This document shows positions 12,744 through 25,414 of a stretch of 64,000 nt of DNA, piece after piece. The stretch is from Moniliella sp. 'wahieum' (lineage: Eukaryota), in contig RSEE01000065.1 of the NCBI GenBank assembly GCA_003971905.1, positions 310,001 through 374,000 of the forward strand, read 5' to 3'. Under the pieces are notes generated by a model, which saw only the letters and a program-made list of their open reading frames with translations, searched no databases and was not told the origin of the DNA. Position numbers and translations under genes: made by a program. Within the stretch, counting starts at the first letter, position 1, and every line of letters begins with the position of its first letter.

Positions 12744-14396
12744 ATGTCTACGTCACCCGCTCGGGCTTCCGAGGTATGTCAAGTGCTCTGCTCCACTGCC
12801 TGCCCGTCCGTCGCGCTCGCCTCTGACCACAGCGAGTCCCCTACAGACTGCCTAACCAGCCACCAGACCCAGCTCCTCGCCGACCTCTGGACTGCCTTCT
12901 TTGCCTCTTGCCGCATCGAACCTACCGCGGCCACGGCCAACACATCCTCCTCCCAACACCCTCGCTGAGTCGGCCGCAGCCCATTCGGGTCTCCATCCAC
13001 AGAGCCACAACATCCCCTCCGACGACCGTGCAAAGCAGCAGCTCAAGCGAGCTGAGGAAGCATCGGAGATGCACGCCTTTCTCGAGACGTATGGCGGCCC
13101 GCAGTTGCGTCGGATTTTTTGGACCGGCATCGTGCGAGGCGACCATCCAGACGCGGTCATGCTCCGCTTTCTCGGGCTAGGAAATGGGACGTGCAGGCGG
13201 CTGTGAACCAAATTGGCAGTGTGGCCCGCTTCCGCGTGGAAAACCAGTTGGAAGCACTCCTTCGCGGCGGGGAACCCGTGTTGGCGCGGACCAAGGGCGC
13301 CGCCTCGCTGATGCGTCGCGGGGTTTGCTACATTTGGGGGCCACGCAACAGGGAGAACCGATCTATTGGATTGAGGTGGCTCGTCATTTGTCTGCGAACC
13401 AGACGCAGCACGAACTGCTCCAACTCGTACACTACTACCAAGAGTGGCTCTCTCTGTTGACGGTGCCACCGGTGGAGAGGAAGCTGATCTGTTTTAATCT
13501 GACCAACTTTTCCCTGCGCCAGATGGACTGGTGGTGCGTGTTTGCGATTGTCAAGACGATCGATCGATACTACCCAGAAACAGTTTCGCGCTTTCTGGTG
13601 TGGAGCCCCCCGTGGATCTTCAAGCCGATCTGGATGATTTTGCGTCCGTTGCTCGATCCTGTGGTGCGGGAAAAGGTGGTAATTTTGTCCGACATTAATG
13701 AACTAGCCAAGTATATCCCGCTCCATCGTATACCAGCGGAGACGATGCAGGGGGGCCAGAGTCCATGGAATATACCTGGCCTGAACCCAAGGGAAGAGCC
13801 TGTGGATGGCCGACTGCAAGAACAAGAAAAGACCGACGAGTTCTTTGCATCGGTCCAAGCGTTTGAAGATGCCACCCGGACCTGGCTCATGACAATGGAG
13901 CGAGCTGAACCGCGGCCGCGTCGGATAGGAAGGGGAGTCAAGTCCGCCTCGGATCCCTACAATGGGTTCTTTGACGGAGAAGACCCCTTTTCCATCAGGA
14001 CTCCACAAGCACACAGCCTGTCATCATCCGCAACTCTTCCGCTTGTGGGACAGAGAACCCCATTGTTCAAGGTGCCAAAGCTGCGTGCAATGTAGCGGCC
14101 ACAAGGATGCGGATGCACTGGCTCGAACTGCTACCTCACCTCGTAGGGCAGAATATGTGGCTGTCATGGGGCGTTTCACCTCTTAATGGAAGTGTGACAT
14201 GGACCTATCCACCGCCTCTGGAAGAGAAAGCGAAAGCGTTGGAAGCACAACTTCCTTGCCAAATGGCCCCCCTCCCCCAGGGGAAGATGTCATGACGATT
14301 CACCGTGGACCCGATGGGAGCGAAACCCAGATTATTGGTGGCGTTAATGCGCTACCTCATCTCTCTGTTGTGCTCGATACTATTGAACATGCGTAA
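12744..14396 (+). CDS. CSR1: Sec14-family CRAL-TRIO phosphatidylinositol transfer protein, Csr1/Sfh2-like (intron about 12774-12832; frameshifts; 3' end 14295 or 14396)
   Basis: 'DHPDAVMLRFLRARKWDVQAA' (CRAL-TRIO N), 'FNLTNFSLRQMD', 'YYPETV', 'PWIFKPIWMILRPLLDPVVREKV', C-terminal 'HWLELLPHL...G...NGSVTWTYP'. Confidence 0.8.
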
Positions 14397-14835
14397 GCCT
14401 ATCAAGACGTTCTAGAGAAAGCTGGGCTTCCCGTCTCTACGTTCCGATATGTTTTCGAATCGGTTTTGTAGAGGGGGGGGGCGATTGCCTTTTTTCTTCC
14501 CTCTCCAGCACACCCTCACCATCGTGTGCTTGGCTCAACCATTTCGTGCGCTTGGCTCATGCCCCCCCCCCCTCCCTTCCTTCCTCTGGGACGGCGAGCA
14601 ACCCTTTTTTCCCTACGGAGGGGGCATCAATCTCGTCTGCGGTTAGCAATGAGTTTGAGTTCCATGACCCGTGACTGAGGCGAGCAAAAGAGAAGGCAAA
14701 ATGGTTGCTTCTGTTGTCATTGCCCAGACTCATGCGGGGAGGTGTTTTGGGGGGAGCAGTTCAACCGTTCTTTTTTCGCATTGGCCATTGGCCAACAGGT
14801 CTACGACCGAGTTTTCCCCCTTCAATATTAAGTCT

Positions 14836-14880
14836 GTGTACTTGTTTGTGTACTTGTGTGTGTACTTGTTTGTTTGCTTG
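14836..14880 (+). repeat. 12-bp tandem repeat (GTGTACTTGTkT)x3
   Basis: Read directly in the intergenic/3' region. Confidence 0.7.
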
Positions 14881-15455
14881 TTAGAATCGCATCTAAAGTG
14901 TCGTTGTGGACCCAATAGTGCGGGAGTGCACGGCGAGTGCCCCTCCCCCCAGCCATTGGCCACAGCCGTGTTTCTTTTATTTACTCCCCCCTTCCATGCA
15001 GGTTCGTGAGGGCTCAACATCGTATGTTATTCCCCTTCCTTTGTTGGTGAGCAGCATGCTGATTACCCTCGGACGAATGGGAATAGCAAGGTGCGCCACT
15101 GGGCCATGACAATGTATTGGTCGGCCGTGGTCCTTCCATCATTCCTTTCTTTCTGTCTTTCGCCTCCAGACCCTGCTGTCATGGAATCATTTCCATTCCA
15201 ACATAGCGATTTGCATGGTGTGAGCTCGTCCACCAGGTGCCCGATTTTCTTCGCGGTACTTTGACCACCTCATCACTCAAGTTTACGTGGACGCGACGAA
15301 GGTCTCGAAGGGTTTTTGAGAAGGATGAGTTGGCTTAGTTCAGACCAAGCATCGTTCATCATTCCACCAGGAACTATCCCTCCTACTCATGCTACACTTG
15401 GACAAGAATGGAAAGGGGATAACATCATTGAGAAGACAGGGTAGGCAACATGCAG

Positions 15456-16505
15456 TTACTTCCCGCTCTTCTTTTTGCGATTGACAGGTTTCTTGGTCTT
15501 GACCGCAGCGCTACCCGTCACAGTAGCTTCCGGCAAAGAAGGAGCTTCCTCTTGCTCCTCTCCCTTTTCGTCCGATTCCTTAGGGGGCGGGCGGAACTTC
15601 TGCACCAGGCGCATAGGCCAGGTGGTGGACCACGAGGGAGCTTCAAGCGCCTGCGGATCGATCACAAACCGCTCTCCGCCCGAGTTGGGCACAACGCCTT
15701 CCACCAACTCGGGGGATACCATGACATCAATGGTGCGGGACGATGCGGCGACTGGGGCAGCCAAGAGTCGCTTGAGCGCACCCTCATGTGCAGCCCAAGC
15801 TTCTTCCGACTCATCGGAGGGCAGGGGGGGGAGAGCTTCAAAGCCGCCCAAGGGCACTCGCACTTTGCGCACGCCAACCGCCTTCTTCCCCGCAGGTTGA
15901 AGATGAGCTGGGCTCTCGCATCCAGGGCCCAGGGCAACCAGCCGCGCAGTCCGCCACAGTGCCACCACTTTCTTCTGGTCTCGCACAAAGGTGTATTGCT
16001 TCAGCGCACGCTCCAATGCCACCGAGAGCACGAAGAGAAAGACCATGACCCCAACCAGACCGGGGCGATACCGGTGGTAAAAGTACCCTGTGCCCCTCCA
16101 TTGAGGGAACCCGTTCTTGAGGAATTCATCGTACCGGTCCCTTCGTCCGTCGCGGAGAATCTTGTTGATGCGGCCCAGCTGTTCAAACTGCTTGGCTGCC
16201 TGGGCAGAAGGGTTGCGGTCCGGATGCAAGGCCAGCGATTTCTTGCGGTACGCGCGCTTGATCTCGGGCATCGACGCATCGCGCTCCACACCAAGCGTCG
16301 TGTAGAAATCAGCCTGGGGGGAGGATGCGCGGAGCGCAGCCTGCAGCTCAAAGATCTGGGGGTAGGGGGCGCTAGGTCAGCAGGGAAGAGCAACACAGAG
16401 GAGAAGCGCAGGTACCTCAATGTCATCCTTGTCCCAGTGGTTTTGAGCGAGGGCGAAGCAGGCACCCATCAGCAGGGCAAAAACCCATGTCCAGCGGAGG
16501 TGCAT
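15456..16505 (-). CDS. ERJ5: ER membrane J-domain co-chaperone, Erj5-like (intron 16356-16415)
   Basis: Signal peptide MHLRWTWVFALLMGACFALA, 'WDKDDIE|IFEL', J domain 'DFYTTLGV...EIKRAYRKKSLALHPDRNP', 'FPQWRGTGYFYHRYRPG' plus TM segment. Confidence 0.88.
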
Positions 16506-19414
16506 CGCGCGTCGCACGTCGACTGTGCTGGGGCGTCACGTAGGGGGTGGTGGTGGGGGGGGTGAAGGCGAAGGCATGCGGCACGGACGCAGCCTGGCAG
16601 CTGCTGTCCTGCCCCCCTTCTTCCTGCCACGTGGAGCAGGCAGCTGATCGTGCCAGGCAGGCCAGGCAGGGCAGGCACCTGACTGGCCTGGGCAACCGCA
16701 GGTCACGTGCTCCTCACGCTGGCCCGGCTCTCCTCTGCCTTGCTGTTTCCCCCGAGGAGGCGCGCTAGAGGCACCAAGTGCAACTAGGGTTACGGTGCTC
16801 TGCAACCAGGCCGGGCTGCGGATTGCGCTGCTATTACTTAGCTGCAACATCAGCGCAATCAGCAGCTGCGTGGGAGTTATACCTGCTATGGCCTCGGTGG
16901 TATTGGATACGAAAACGTCGGGTATATAGCTAAGTCCCCACCACGGATAGTGCCGTGCGCAGCATAAAATAAGAGGGGTAAGGCTTCGCCAATACGGGTG
17001 TGCTATAGATTTGTTGGGAGGGAAGGGTTCTCGGTTTGGGTATTGGGCACGATTTACATCCCGCATGGAGTTGCTCGGCGGCACCCCATAGGACAGTTTC
17101 CATTTGACAAGGATGCTGGTTGCTGTTCCTCTTTCTTCCTCGAGAAGAAGCGTTGGATGTAGGCTGTGTTGCCCAGGACCAGTACTTACACTTATTGTAT
17201 AGCACGTGGGATAGTTATATAGCGGCGAAGAGAGGCATAAAGCGCATCATCCAGGGACAGATGCCAAGACGTTTCGTTTGATGCTCTCTCCCGACGAGGG
17301 ATGAATAGCAGAGAGAACAAAGGTGGCACATTACCACTTGTTTCCTTCTCGTGGAACGCCGCGCTCGATCCAGCCTCGAGATGCTTGTTCCTTCATGCAG
17401 TTGACAACATGACAGCGAAAACATGGCGGCAAAAGAGAGAGAGGGGGAGGGTAATGAATCTTATTATCGTGAAAGGCACAGACGTGCGTCTAGACGCCTT
17501 TTGCACAGCCAGCACTTCCGCATTTTCACACCCCACTTCTTGACTTCTTCTATCATTATTGTGGGTTCTTCTGATCCGTATCACTCTCTCGCTCCCTTGC
17601 TCTCTTGCTCTCTTGCTCTCTTCTCGACTGGGCTTCTGTTTCAATCCCTTAACATAAACAACATGATCTACAAGTCTCTCTCCTACTCTTCTCCAAATCG
17701 CTGTCCGTCTAAAACGCCAAACATAATGGTTCCGACTCAGTTTCTCTCCTCCTTCTCGCCCCGGGTCGCTTTTTCCCTTGACCCTTCAAGTTTCATCCTC
17801 GAGACTCGTTCTTTCGCTTTATTCTTTTAGTGCGTGGCCATCACTTCCTTCCCTTACGATTCGTTTCCCTTAGACCCTTTTCCATTTGGAGCGTTTTACC
17901 CTTCACTCTAATATCGACATCTTGTAACAGTCGGGGCTAGACAAGGGAGACCAAGGTCCTGTCAAAGATGGGCTGAGAAATGGCACGACCGTTCGGGAGG
18001 AAACAAGAGGCATCGGGGAGTAGGGAACAGAAGCAAAAGGGAAAGGGAAGAGCGAGATATGCGGGATGCAGAGAGCGTGCTTAGTCGATTGGTGACACCT
18101 CTCTTGGTTCTTTCTCCTTCTCTCTTCTTCTTATGTGCCTGTTCTTTGACGAGGTGGACGGGTGGGGAGATGATGCTAATGATGTTGATGAGGTCGACGA
18201 GTGGCAGTAAGTCTAGAGAGGGTAATGCATACACACCCCTTGTATTTTTTTTCTGTTTGTTGGGCATTGGTCAGAACCCCGTCCCTTCCGGTCATTACTC
18301 TAGCGATTATTTTCCCTCCAGCTTCCCGAACGCATGGATATCGCCTGCTGTTGCGGATAGGGCCAATGCAAGGCCTAGGCCTAGCCCCTATTTAGATAGA
18401 TCGGATGTGTGATGAGAGTGATATGCCTTGCAGCTTACTTGAAATTGAAAAGCTCAACGATTGAAGCCGGGACCAGAGGCTCTTCCCCCGCAAAGGTGTG
18501 CTCGAGCATCCAGGCGCTCAGCTCCCCACGAAGCCAAGCCTAGACTGGAGGCGCTGGGACACGGGGGTGTTGACTGTGATCCTCTGGCTCCCAGTCGGTA
18601 GACCAGGTTCGCCTCGGTTCCATCGGCTTCCACGCTGACGTCCCTGCGTGTCACTGTCCCTGTGCCCTGCACTCTCTCCTGTGTGACTCACTGGCCCTGT
18701 GCCTAGTCCAGCCTCCTATATAGATGCCTCTGTACCCAGACCCAACTCTGGCTCTAATCCATCACCTTCTCCTCATCCTTCTGCCCGTCCGGCTCCCTAG
18801 GCCAACAGGGGGCGCCAGGCTCAGGCGTGCGGAGGAATACTGAGATCATTTTGGGGTGTGAGAAAAGAGACCCGAGGTACTCACTATGAAGCGTGACATG
18901 TGACAGGGGATGCATGATGTGCAGCGACGAACGAGGCACGCATCCTCTGAACGTGATGGATTCCGCCTATTTCCGCCGCATCTGCCGTGCCGCGGACGAT
19001 GGATGATGGGCGTGATGGGTGAGCTGGGCGGACGACACTGGCGCTGCGCCAGCACACATGGAATGCCGCGTGGGGTGGGGGGCCGCATGGGGGCAGTGCG
19101 ACCTCTTTAGCAGGCGCTGCATTGGGCGGACGCCTGCGGCTGCTGCTCGGGCCTAGCTGGGCCCTCCCGCCCGGGCGGCCGCAGTGTCTGCCGCAGTGCA
19201 TCCATTGGCCTGGTCTCGATCAGCAATCGTCCCACCACGCTGTCGTCGCCGATTCTGTCCCCCTCGCCCCATCTCCAGCCTGCTGCCTCCACCTCTCTCG
19301 GCTGCGATCGGTCGTTGCTACTCGCACCCCCCCACCCCCCCACCCATCCCACCGTCTGCTGCCCTCGCCTCGCCCCCCACCCCCTCCCCCCCCTGAGGGA
19401 GTAAGGTGGACAAG

Positions 19415-20538
19415 ATGATGAGCACGCCATCGCCCTACCCGTCCGTGCTGACGGGGGCGCCTCTGCCCGACGACGCCCAGATCGAGCGCAGTCAGCCGTC
19501 GGTCTGCGTCGACTACCTTTCCCACAAGTGGACCGACGAGGATGTGTGGTCCAGTTGGAAGGCCATGACAAAGAAGAAGAACGAGATCGCCAATGGTGTG
19601 CGCCTCGAGAATGCCTCCTGGCGCACTTGGGCCAAGCAGCGCGGCAACCTGCCCACCGTTTCCCCCGAGACACTCAATTGGTACGTTTTGATCTGCCTGG
19701 CGAAACGTCTCTAATGTTTCTGGCTTGGTCGCACAACAGGTTGAAGGACAGCGATGTCACCTGGCTCTACGGCCCACTTCATGAGCATGCCGAACCGGTA
19801 CCCCCGCCTAAGGTAGCCAGTGTCTCGGAGCGCTTTGGCCTCGATCCGGGAACCCCCGCCCCCCTTATCGGTGGCACTCCCGAACTAGCCCCCTTTAGTT
19901 CGCAGCACCAACACGCCACAGCCTCCAGGTCGGACGGCATGACGCCTGAGGCATATCCTCCCGCCAAGCGGCGGATCGAGGAAACCCCGGAGAGTGGATT
20001 CCATGTCCACCCTGGCAATGCCGCCTTTGCCCACGCAGGGTTTGGGAGCTACGTCAATTCTTCGGGCCAGAAATCCATCCTCAAACACCGCACGCTTGGT
20101 GACATCCTCGCCCCTCACGACTCGAATGGGAACACTCTCACCCATGCCCACTCGCACGGCAGCCCTCACTCGCATGGCGAGGAGGACTCCAACTCGGACA
20201 AGGATGGGGGGCATAGACACATTACTTTCAACTCGACGGTGGAGCAGTGCATTGCCCTTGATGATCCAATGGAGGAGGAAGAGGAGCAGAATCCGACCAT
20301 TGCCAAGCTCGCCCCGACGCACCTGAAAGCCCAAGCAGAGCAAGAACCCCACGTGTCATTTGGCAACTTTGATTACAGCTATGCCCCCGAGTGGGAGGTG
20401 GTGGAAGACCCCGAGTATTACACCCCCGATTATGAGCCAGCTGCGGGCGAGACGCTAAGCAGCGATGATTATCTCGATGAGCGTGGGCGCGCTACGCAAC
20501 GGACGCCGGACGAGCGAACGAACCGGATTCATGAGTGA
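19415..20538 (+). CDS. REG1: Reg1-like protein phosphatase 1 regulatory subunit (DUF1752 domain; intron 19681-19739)
   Basis: 'CVDYLSHKW..EDVWSSWK...RLENASWRTWAK...VSPETLNW|LKDSDVTWLYGPL', SILK motif 'KSILKHR', RVxF-type 'RHITFN..VEQCIA'. Confidence 0.82.
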
Positions 20539-20656
20539 TCCTGTATCCAATCATCCTACATTAGCCCTGCCTTCTATTATAATTGCACGTTCCCAACCGG
20601 TTAACAGCGGTTTGTATTGCGCCTTAATGACAGGGCACACTCATAGTAGGCACTGC

Positions 20657-21442
20657 TTAGAGCTTCTTGGCCTGGACCAGCGCCTCCACCTCAGCAATGG
20701 CGTTGTCCAGAATCTGCTTCTGGAGCGAGGGGTCCTTCAGTGCGTCCTGCACTTGGCCCACCACAGTCTTCGCCAGTTCCTTCTGCTCTTCGTCACGGAC
20801 CTGAGCCTCGTACCGCACCCACGAGTCGAGCACCGTCTTCACCTCAGCCGCAAGAGCAGTCTTCTGCTGCAGCTCGAACACCTGAGCCTCAGTCTGAGCC
20901 GTGTCCTTAGCCAGGGCGTACAGGCCCTTGGTCACGTTCACAACGTCCTTCTGAGCCTCGACCGCAGTGATCCGGTCCTGGATCGACTGGGCGTGGCGCT
21001 CGCGCGCGTCCGTGAGCAATTGGGTAATACGCTACCATTCACAAGTTAGCTCTCTTCCTCCTCATTGCGCAACGGGAGTAACCCCCGAAAAGACAGGTAG
21101 GCACACGTACAGCAGCGCTCGAGTTGGCCCAATCGTTGAAGGGACCACCACCCTTCTTGACAATCGCCGTAAGGACAATCAAGAAGCCAGCCAAGATGAC
21201 AGTGTCATCGTTGAGGACGTAGATCTCGTTGGAAACGGCAGCAGCAAGCAGCCCGCTACCCAGGGTAAGCCAGCCGGTCTTGGCTACCACCGAGTCACCC
21301 GGGAGCAAGTCAATCAGGGCCGAGGCTTTGGTAGCCGGTGCGGGCTTGGACGAGGAAAACCGCACCTGGCCCAATTGGCTCACCGTAAGCACGGCAGATG
21401 CGAGACGGGGCGCCCGGAGAGCGTACGCGTAGCAATCGACAT
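20657..21442 (-). CDS. ATP4: Mitochondrial F1Fo ATP synthase subunit 4 (b) (intron 21032-21110)
   Basis: Presequence, then 'KASALIDLLPGDSVVAKTG...AVSNEIYVLNDDTV', 'VKTVLDSWVRYEAQVR..EQKELAKTVV'. Confidence 0.93.
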
Positions 21443-21669
21443 GGCGGTCAGCGGTGGAGAAGGAGCAGGAGCCAGTCCCACCCGACTGTGGCCGAGGTTC
21501 TGACAGGCAGCAGCGCCCGGGCGGGCTTGCCAGCTGGCGAATGGCGGCATGGGGGCAGTGCAAAGCCCCTCGCACAGGGGGAGTGTTGCGCTGACGAAGA
21601 TACAGCGGAATTGTGTTTCCGCCTCCCGGGTCGGCGCAACCCTACTACCGGACTCGTTCCCCACTTACA

Positions 21670-22450
21670 ATGGTACGACGGCAGCACTCGCCTCCGCATA
21701 TTGGGCAGAGCGATAATCGACAAGTACCCAAGTTGCGATACAACCTACGGATAGACATTTTGTCATCGTCCAGGCCATGGCGGCACCACCCAGCGGCACG
21801 ACGTTAGACGCTGTCTGGGCTGGCAGTACCCGTCACAATGAAGTGCAGCAGCGTCTGGATGTCCTGGGTACTCCCAATATCGGACCTGAAGAAGATTGAC
21901 GAACTGTTGGGTATGCCACACGCGATCGACTCGTAGTACCTCGCCGACTCAAATCACTCGATCAACAATCCAAGGCCGCTTTTGTCCAGACCAAGACCTG
22001 ACTGCATCCGCGCCTATTTATTCGCTTAACGGCCGGAAACTTGTTGACCACGTTCATGCATATCCCCGTGGGGAGCGGTGGAGTGACCAAGACGCTCAAG
22101 ACCGTTGGAAAAGTCTCAGCCTTCCCTCCCTCGAGCTGGTGTTGGAGGAGGACGAGGGTGCGCTCCCCTCGGTCGTGGGTGATCTTCCCTCAGCCCATAC
22201 AAGCGCACACGGCATGCTGAGGACTCTCTTGGCCTCTATTCGTGTAGAAGTGGACGAACATCTTCCTCCTCTGCAAAGCCGTGCTGCTTTTAAGAGCCAA
22301 CCTGTTGCTGATGCCGTCCCAGAATGGGTTCTCAATCCTAGGAGGGCTGGGTATGAGTACCTCCTGAGTTGGAGACAGCATTTGTTCGAAAGCAAAGTAC
22401 ACCTACCCTTCTCGTTCCTCTGTCGTCCCAAGTCATTTCTAAAGCGAACT
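21670..22450 (+). CDS. Possible hypothetical protein divergent from ATP4 (fragmented)
   Basis: Protein-like 239-aa ORF 21896-22615 followed by a pyrimidine-rich tail; no family recognised. Confidence 0.3.
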
Positions 22451-23064
22451 GGTCCCCTCCTTTTCGTACCCCCAACGGTCTACGCCCGCGCACACCACCC
22501 CCACCTCACCTCGACCACACTCACCTCTCTGCATAATCAGCTTAACATTTCCTTTCCGTTTTATCCATATAGCAGGTCTTTGATTCCATACCGTCCCTGC
22601 CTGTCGTTAAACTAAATACCTCCTTCATTGTTCCCTCCGCGCTTGTCACATCTCTTTTTGTTGCCGACTACAGTTCTCATCCCAGTCCAGTTCTATAACA
22701 GTCAATAGACCAAACCCAGTAATTCGCGGCCAATACGGTCAGTGCTAACCAAAAAGCATTAATCTCAAGCGGAAGCGGACCTGTGTTAGCGCCACCGTAC
22801 ATGCTCAACCCATTAATTTTCAGTGATTTGTCGGAATTGACCTAGATCGATGTCTATCAGCCTCGCCTCCCATTGCGTGTGGTAGGCTTTGTTCAATGTC
22901 GACGAAGACGCTTAAAGAGGTGTTTGCGGTTTCTGGTCGCATCTTCGTGTGGGAGCGCGATAATTGCGGGGTAAATTGGGCGGGCGGAATTGGCGGAACT
23001 TGCCGCCTGGGCGAGGTTTGTAATCAAGTGTGTCCGCCTTGTGGCCCTCCCCCACCTGACTACA

Positions 23065-23412
23065 ATGTTCGCTGCCCTTGGACGCGGTTGGCGCCACTTT
23101 CGCTGGTCCCTTTACGAGCGCCCGGGCTTCACTTCATGGTGGTCGCCTGTTTCTCCACCCCCTGGATCACCGCCGCCGGTGTCAGCATCCTGAACAGGTT
23201 CGATTACCAACGGCCCATCCCACTCCCGCGTTCTTACCCTCGTACGTCTCTGTTCTTCTCATGGGCTGTTCCTGCCCAGGACGCAGCACTCGGTCTTGCG
23301 TCCTCCTACCTTTGGACTGGAGGGGACGACCATGATGTCTAGAGACTGACCCATGTGGACAGTACCCGAGGGCCCGCGCCAGGAGGTGACGGGGTACGAC
23401 GATGAGGAGTAA
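23065..23412 (+). CDS. NADH:ubiquinone oxidoreductase 9.5 kDa subunit (NI9M/NDUFA3-like); intron 23242-23362; one indel near 23126
   Basis: Spliced product MFAALGRGWRHFRWSLYERP..HFMVVACFSTPWITAAGVSILNRFDYQRPIPLPRSYP|LPEGPRQEVTGYDDEE* matches the family pattern 'RW...E.P...P.SYPLP..PR....GYDD'; not represented intact in the ORF track. Confidence 0.82.
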
Positions 23413-23602
23413 GCCGCCCGTAGCTGGCTACATCTACTACTGCATTTCTCAAGCTCTACCTTCATCTCTTTCCCCAAGGGACACTGTTCCTTCGTGTTGC
23501 AAGGTTGGTTGCCTGTAGGGAGAATTCCAAGTAGCTTACTCATCTACTACGTTACTAGTCTACTATGCCTCTTCCCCCACCACACTTGCACTCCGACTGA
23601 AA

Positions 23603-25023
23603 TCACGTAGCATTTTCCATTTCACCCCCACTGACGCTGCGGCGGCGGGTCGTTATAGCCTCCTCCGTAAGAAGGGTAGCCCCCATACCCGCCCTGGTAG
23701 TTCCCCTGAGGAGCGGCAGGAGCGGGCGGACCTTGGGCCCAACCCGGTCGCCTGGCTGGAGGAGCGCCGGGCCCGGGAGCGGGGGCGGCCCAGTCACTCC
23801 GCTCGGGAACGGGGGGTAGTCGCAGGGCACGGAGGGCAACGTTCGGGTCCGGGGGGGCCAACGCAGCGGCTTGTGGGGTGAAGAGGGCGGCAAAGCCACT
23901 GTCTTGCGCGGACAGCAGCTGGCCTACCACCCACACACATTTCCACCATCGTGGCTGGCCGGCCATAGGAGAGTTGAAACCGGTACGCCAGCTGTGACAG
24001 ACAGGCCACATCCGACGGATCAAACTTGCTTCGGTCAAACCCTGCAAGACTCATGTCCCCTGGCGCCGGGGGCGGCGCATGTGCCCCCTGGACCAGCGAG
24101 GTGAGCATGGCTAGCTTGTTCGTGTCTAGGGCAGAAGCCGGCGCGGGGCCGGAGCAGGCGCAGCCGCAGGCGCTCCCGGTTTAATCAGGGCCGATAGATT
24201 GGCCAACACGCTGGCCGTGTTCTGTGAAGTGAGGGGAGCAGAAGCGGGAGCAGGGGCAGAGACTGACGCTGGAACAGGCGCCGGTAGAGGGTGGCCATAT
24301 GTAGGCGTCTTCTGAGCGGGAGGAGTGCCAGGGGGCGTCTTCCCACTCGCTTTAGCTAGCAGCGCAGCCACGCTGGCGGGCAACGCAGCACCTGATGCAG
24401 CTGGCGCAGCTGGCACAGGCGCAGGCGCAGTGACTGGGCCTCCTGTCGAAGGGGGCGGGAGCGAAGGGGTGGTGCTCCGTTCCTGGCTAGGCTCGCTATC
24501 CTTCACTGCTTGTTCTATCGCCGCCGTCGCCGACGGCGAGAACATATCTGCTTTTTCCCAGATCTCGAGCACCTTCTTAATCTTATCCTAAGGGAGAGGA
24601 AAAGGAGAATGTTAGTTAGAAACGGCAAGAATGGGGAGGGGACATAAAACGTACGTGTTGCGCGGGGTTGTTTTGTAGGGTAGCGCCGACCACCTTGGCA
24701 ACGACAGTCTCCAGGCGCTGAATCCAGGTGCGGGCCAACGCGGGAGGGCTGTTCGGCAGGGGCGAAGGCCCACCCTGCTTGGACAAGTTGGAAGCCTGAC
24801 GGGACACGGCGTCAAGCAGGTACAAGCCACTGACAGTGGCACGGGGTTTTTTCTTGTCGAGCTGAGGGCCGACGAGAACGGCGGTGAGCTCATCGGGCTG
24901 CACGTAGCAGGCCTGGCTTAGCTCCTTGGCACGTTCCGCTGTATTGGCAGACAGCTTATTGTTCGCCGCCGTCTCCTCGGCCAGCGTGGCCAGCTGCGTA
25001 AGCTTTTGATCGACCGACGACAT
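23603..25023 (-). CDS. CTD-interacting-domain (CID, Nrd1/Seb1-like N-terminus) protein with no obvious RRM (intron 24588-24654)
   Basis: 'GLYLLDAVSRQA', 'DKIKKVLEIWEKADMFS' CID helices; Pro/Ala linker; C-terminal 'FDRSKFDPSD...LAYRFQLSYGRPAT..EM' module and G/Y-rich end. Confidence 0.72.
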
Positions 25024-25414
25024 GCCTACACGTCCAGACTCTTAGCCTCGATCAGATGGATGGTGGCTGCCACTCAAGTTGGCGTTGTTGCAGACCGCGA
25101 GAAAGACCCGCAGTGCAAATCTAGCCTTGAACTGAAGGCCGGCTGGTTAACCCTACTGGTGCTCCATTCCGCTGGGCGGAACGCGCCCGCAGGATGATCG
25201 GTGTTAGCTTCATCCCTGTTTAGATCATCCATCACTTTGATCACTCCCCCATAAAATTAGGCCGGTCACGCGCACGCGCCACCTGTCACGCGTTCACGTT
25301 CAACATTGCCTTTGTACTTTGAATGTTGAAGGCCTGGAAGCGGAACCCATGTTCCGCCCGCGGCAGCTGGCTGAAGCCCTCTAATCTGGGGGTAATGGCC
25401 TGCTCATCTAGGCT

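Noticed and set aside
15450..16565. Long antisense or alternative-frame ORFs (this 371-aa one and many others in the track)
   Set aside because: Shadows of GC-rich real genes on the opposite strand.
17400..18420. Short ORFs in CT/GA-rich DNA between ERJ5 and REG1-like
   Set aside because: Low-complexity translations with no domain evidence.
20657..21442. Calling frameshifted genes such as ATP4 pseudogenes or programmed frameshifts
   Set aside because: Indels affect most genes while protein motifs remain intact, which fits sequencing error.
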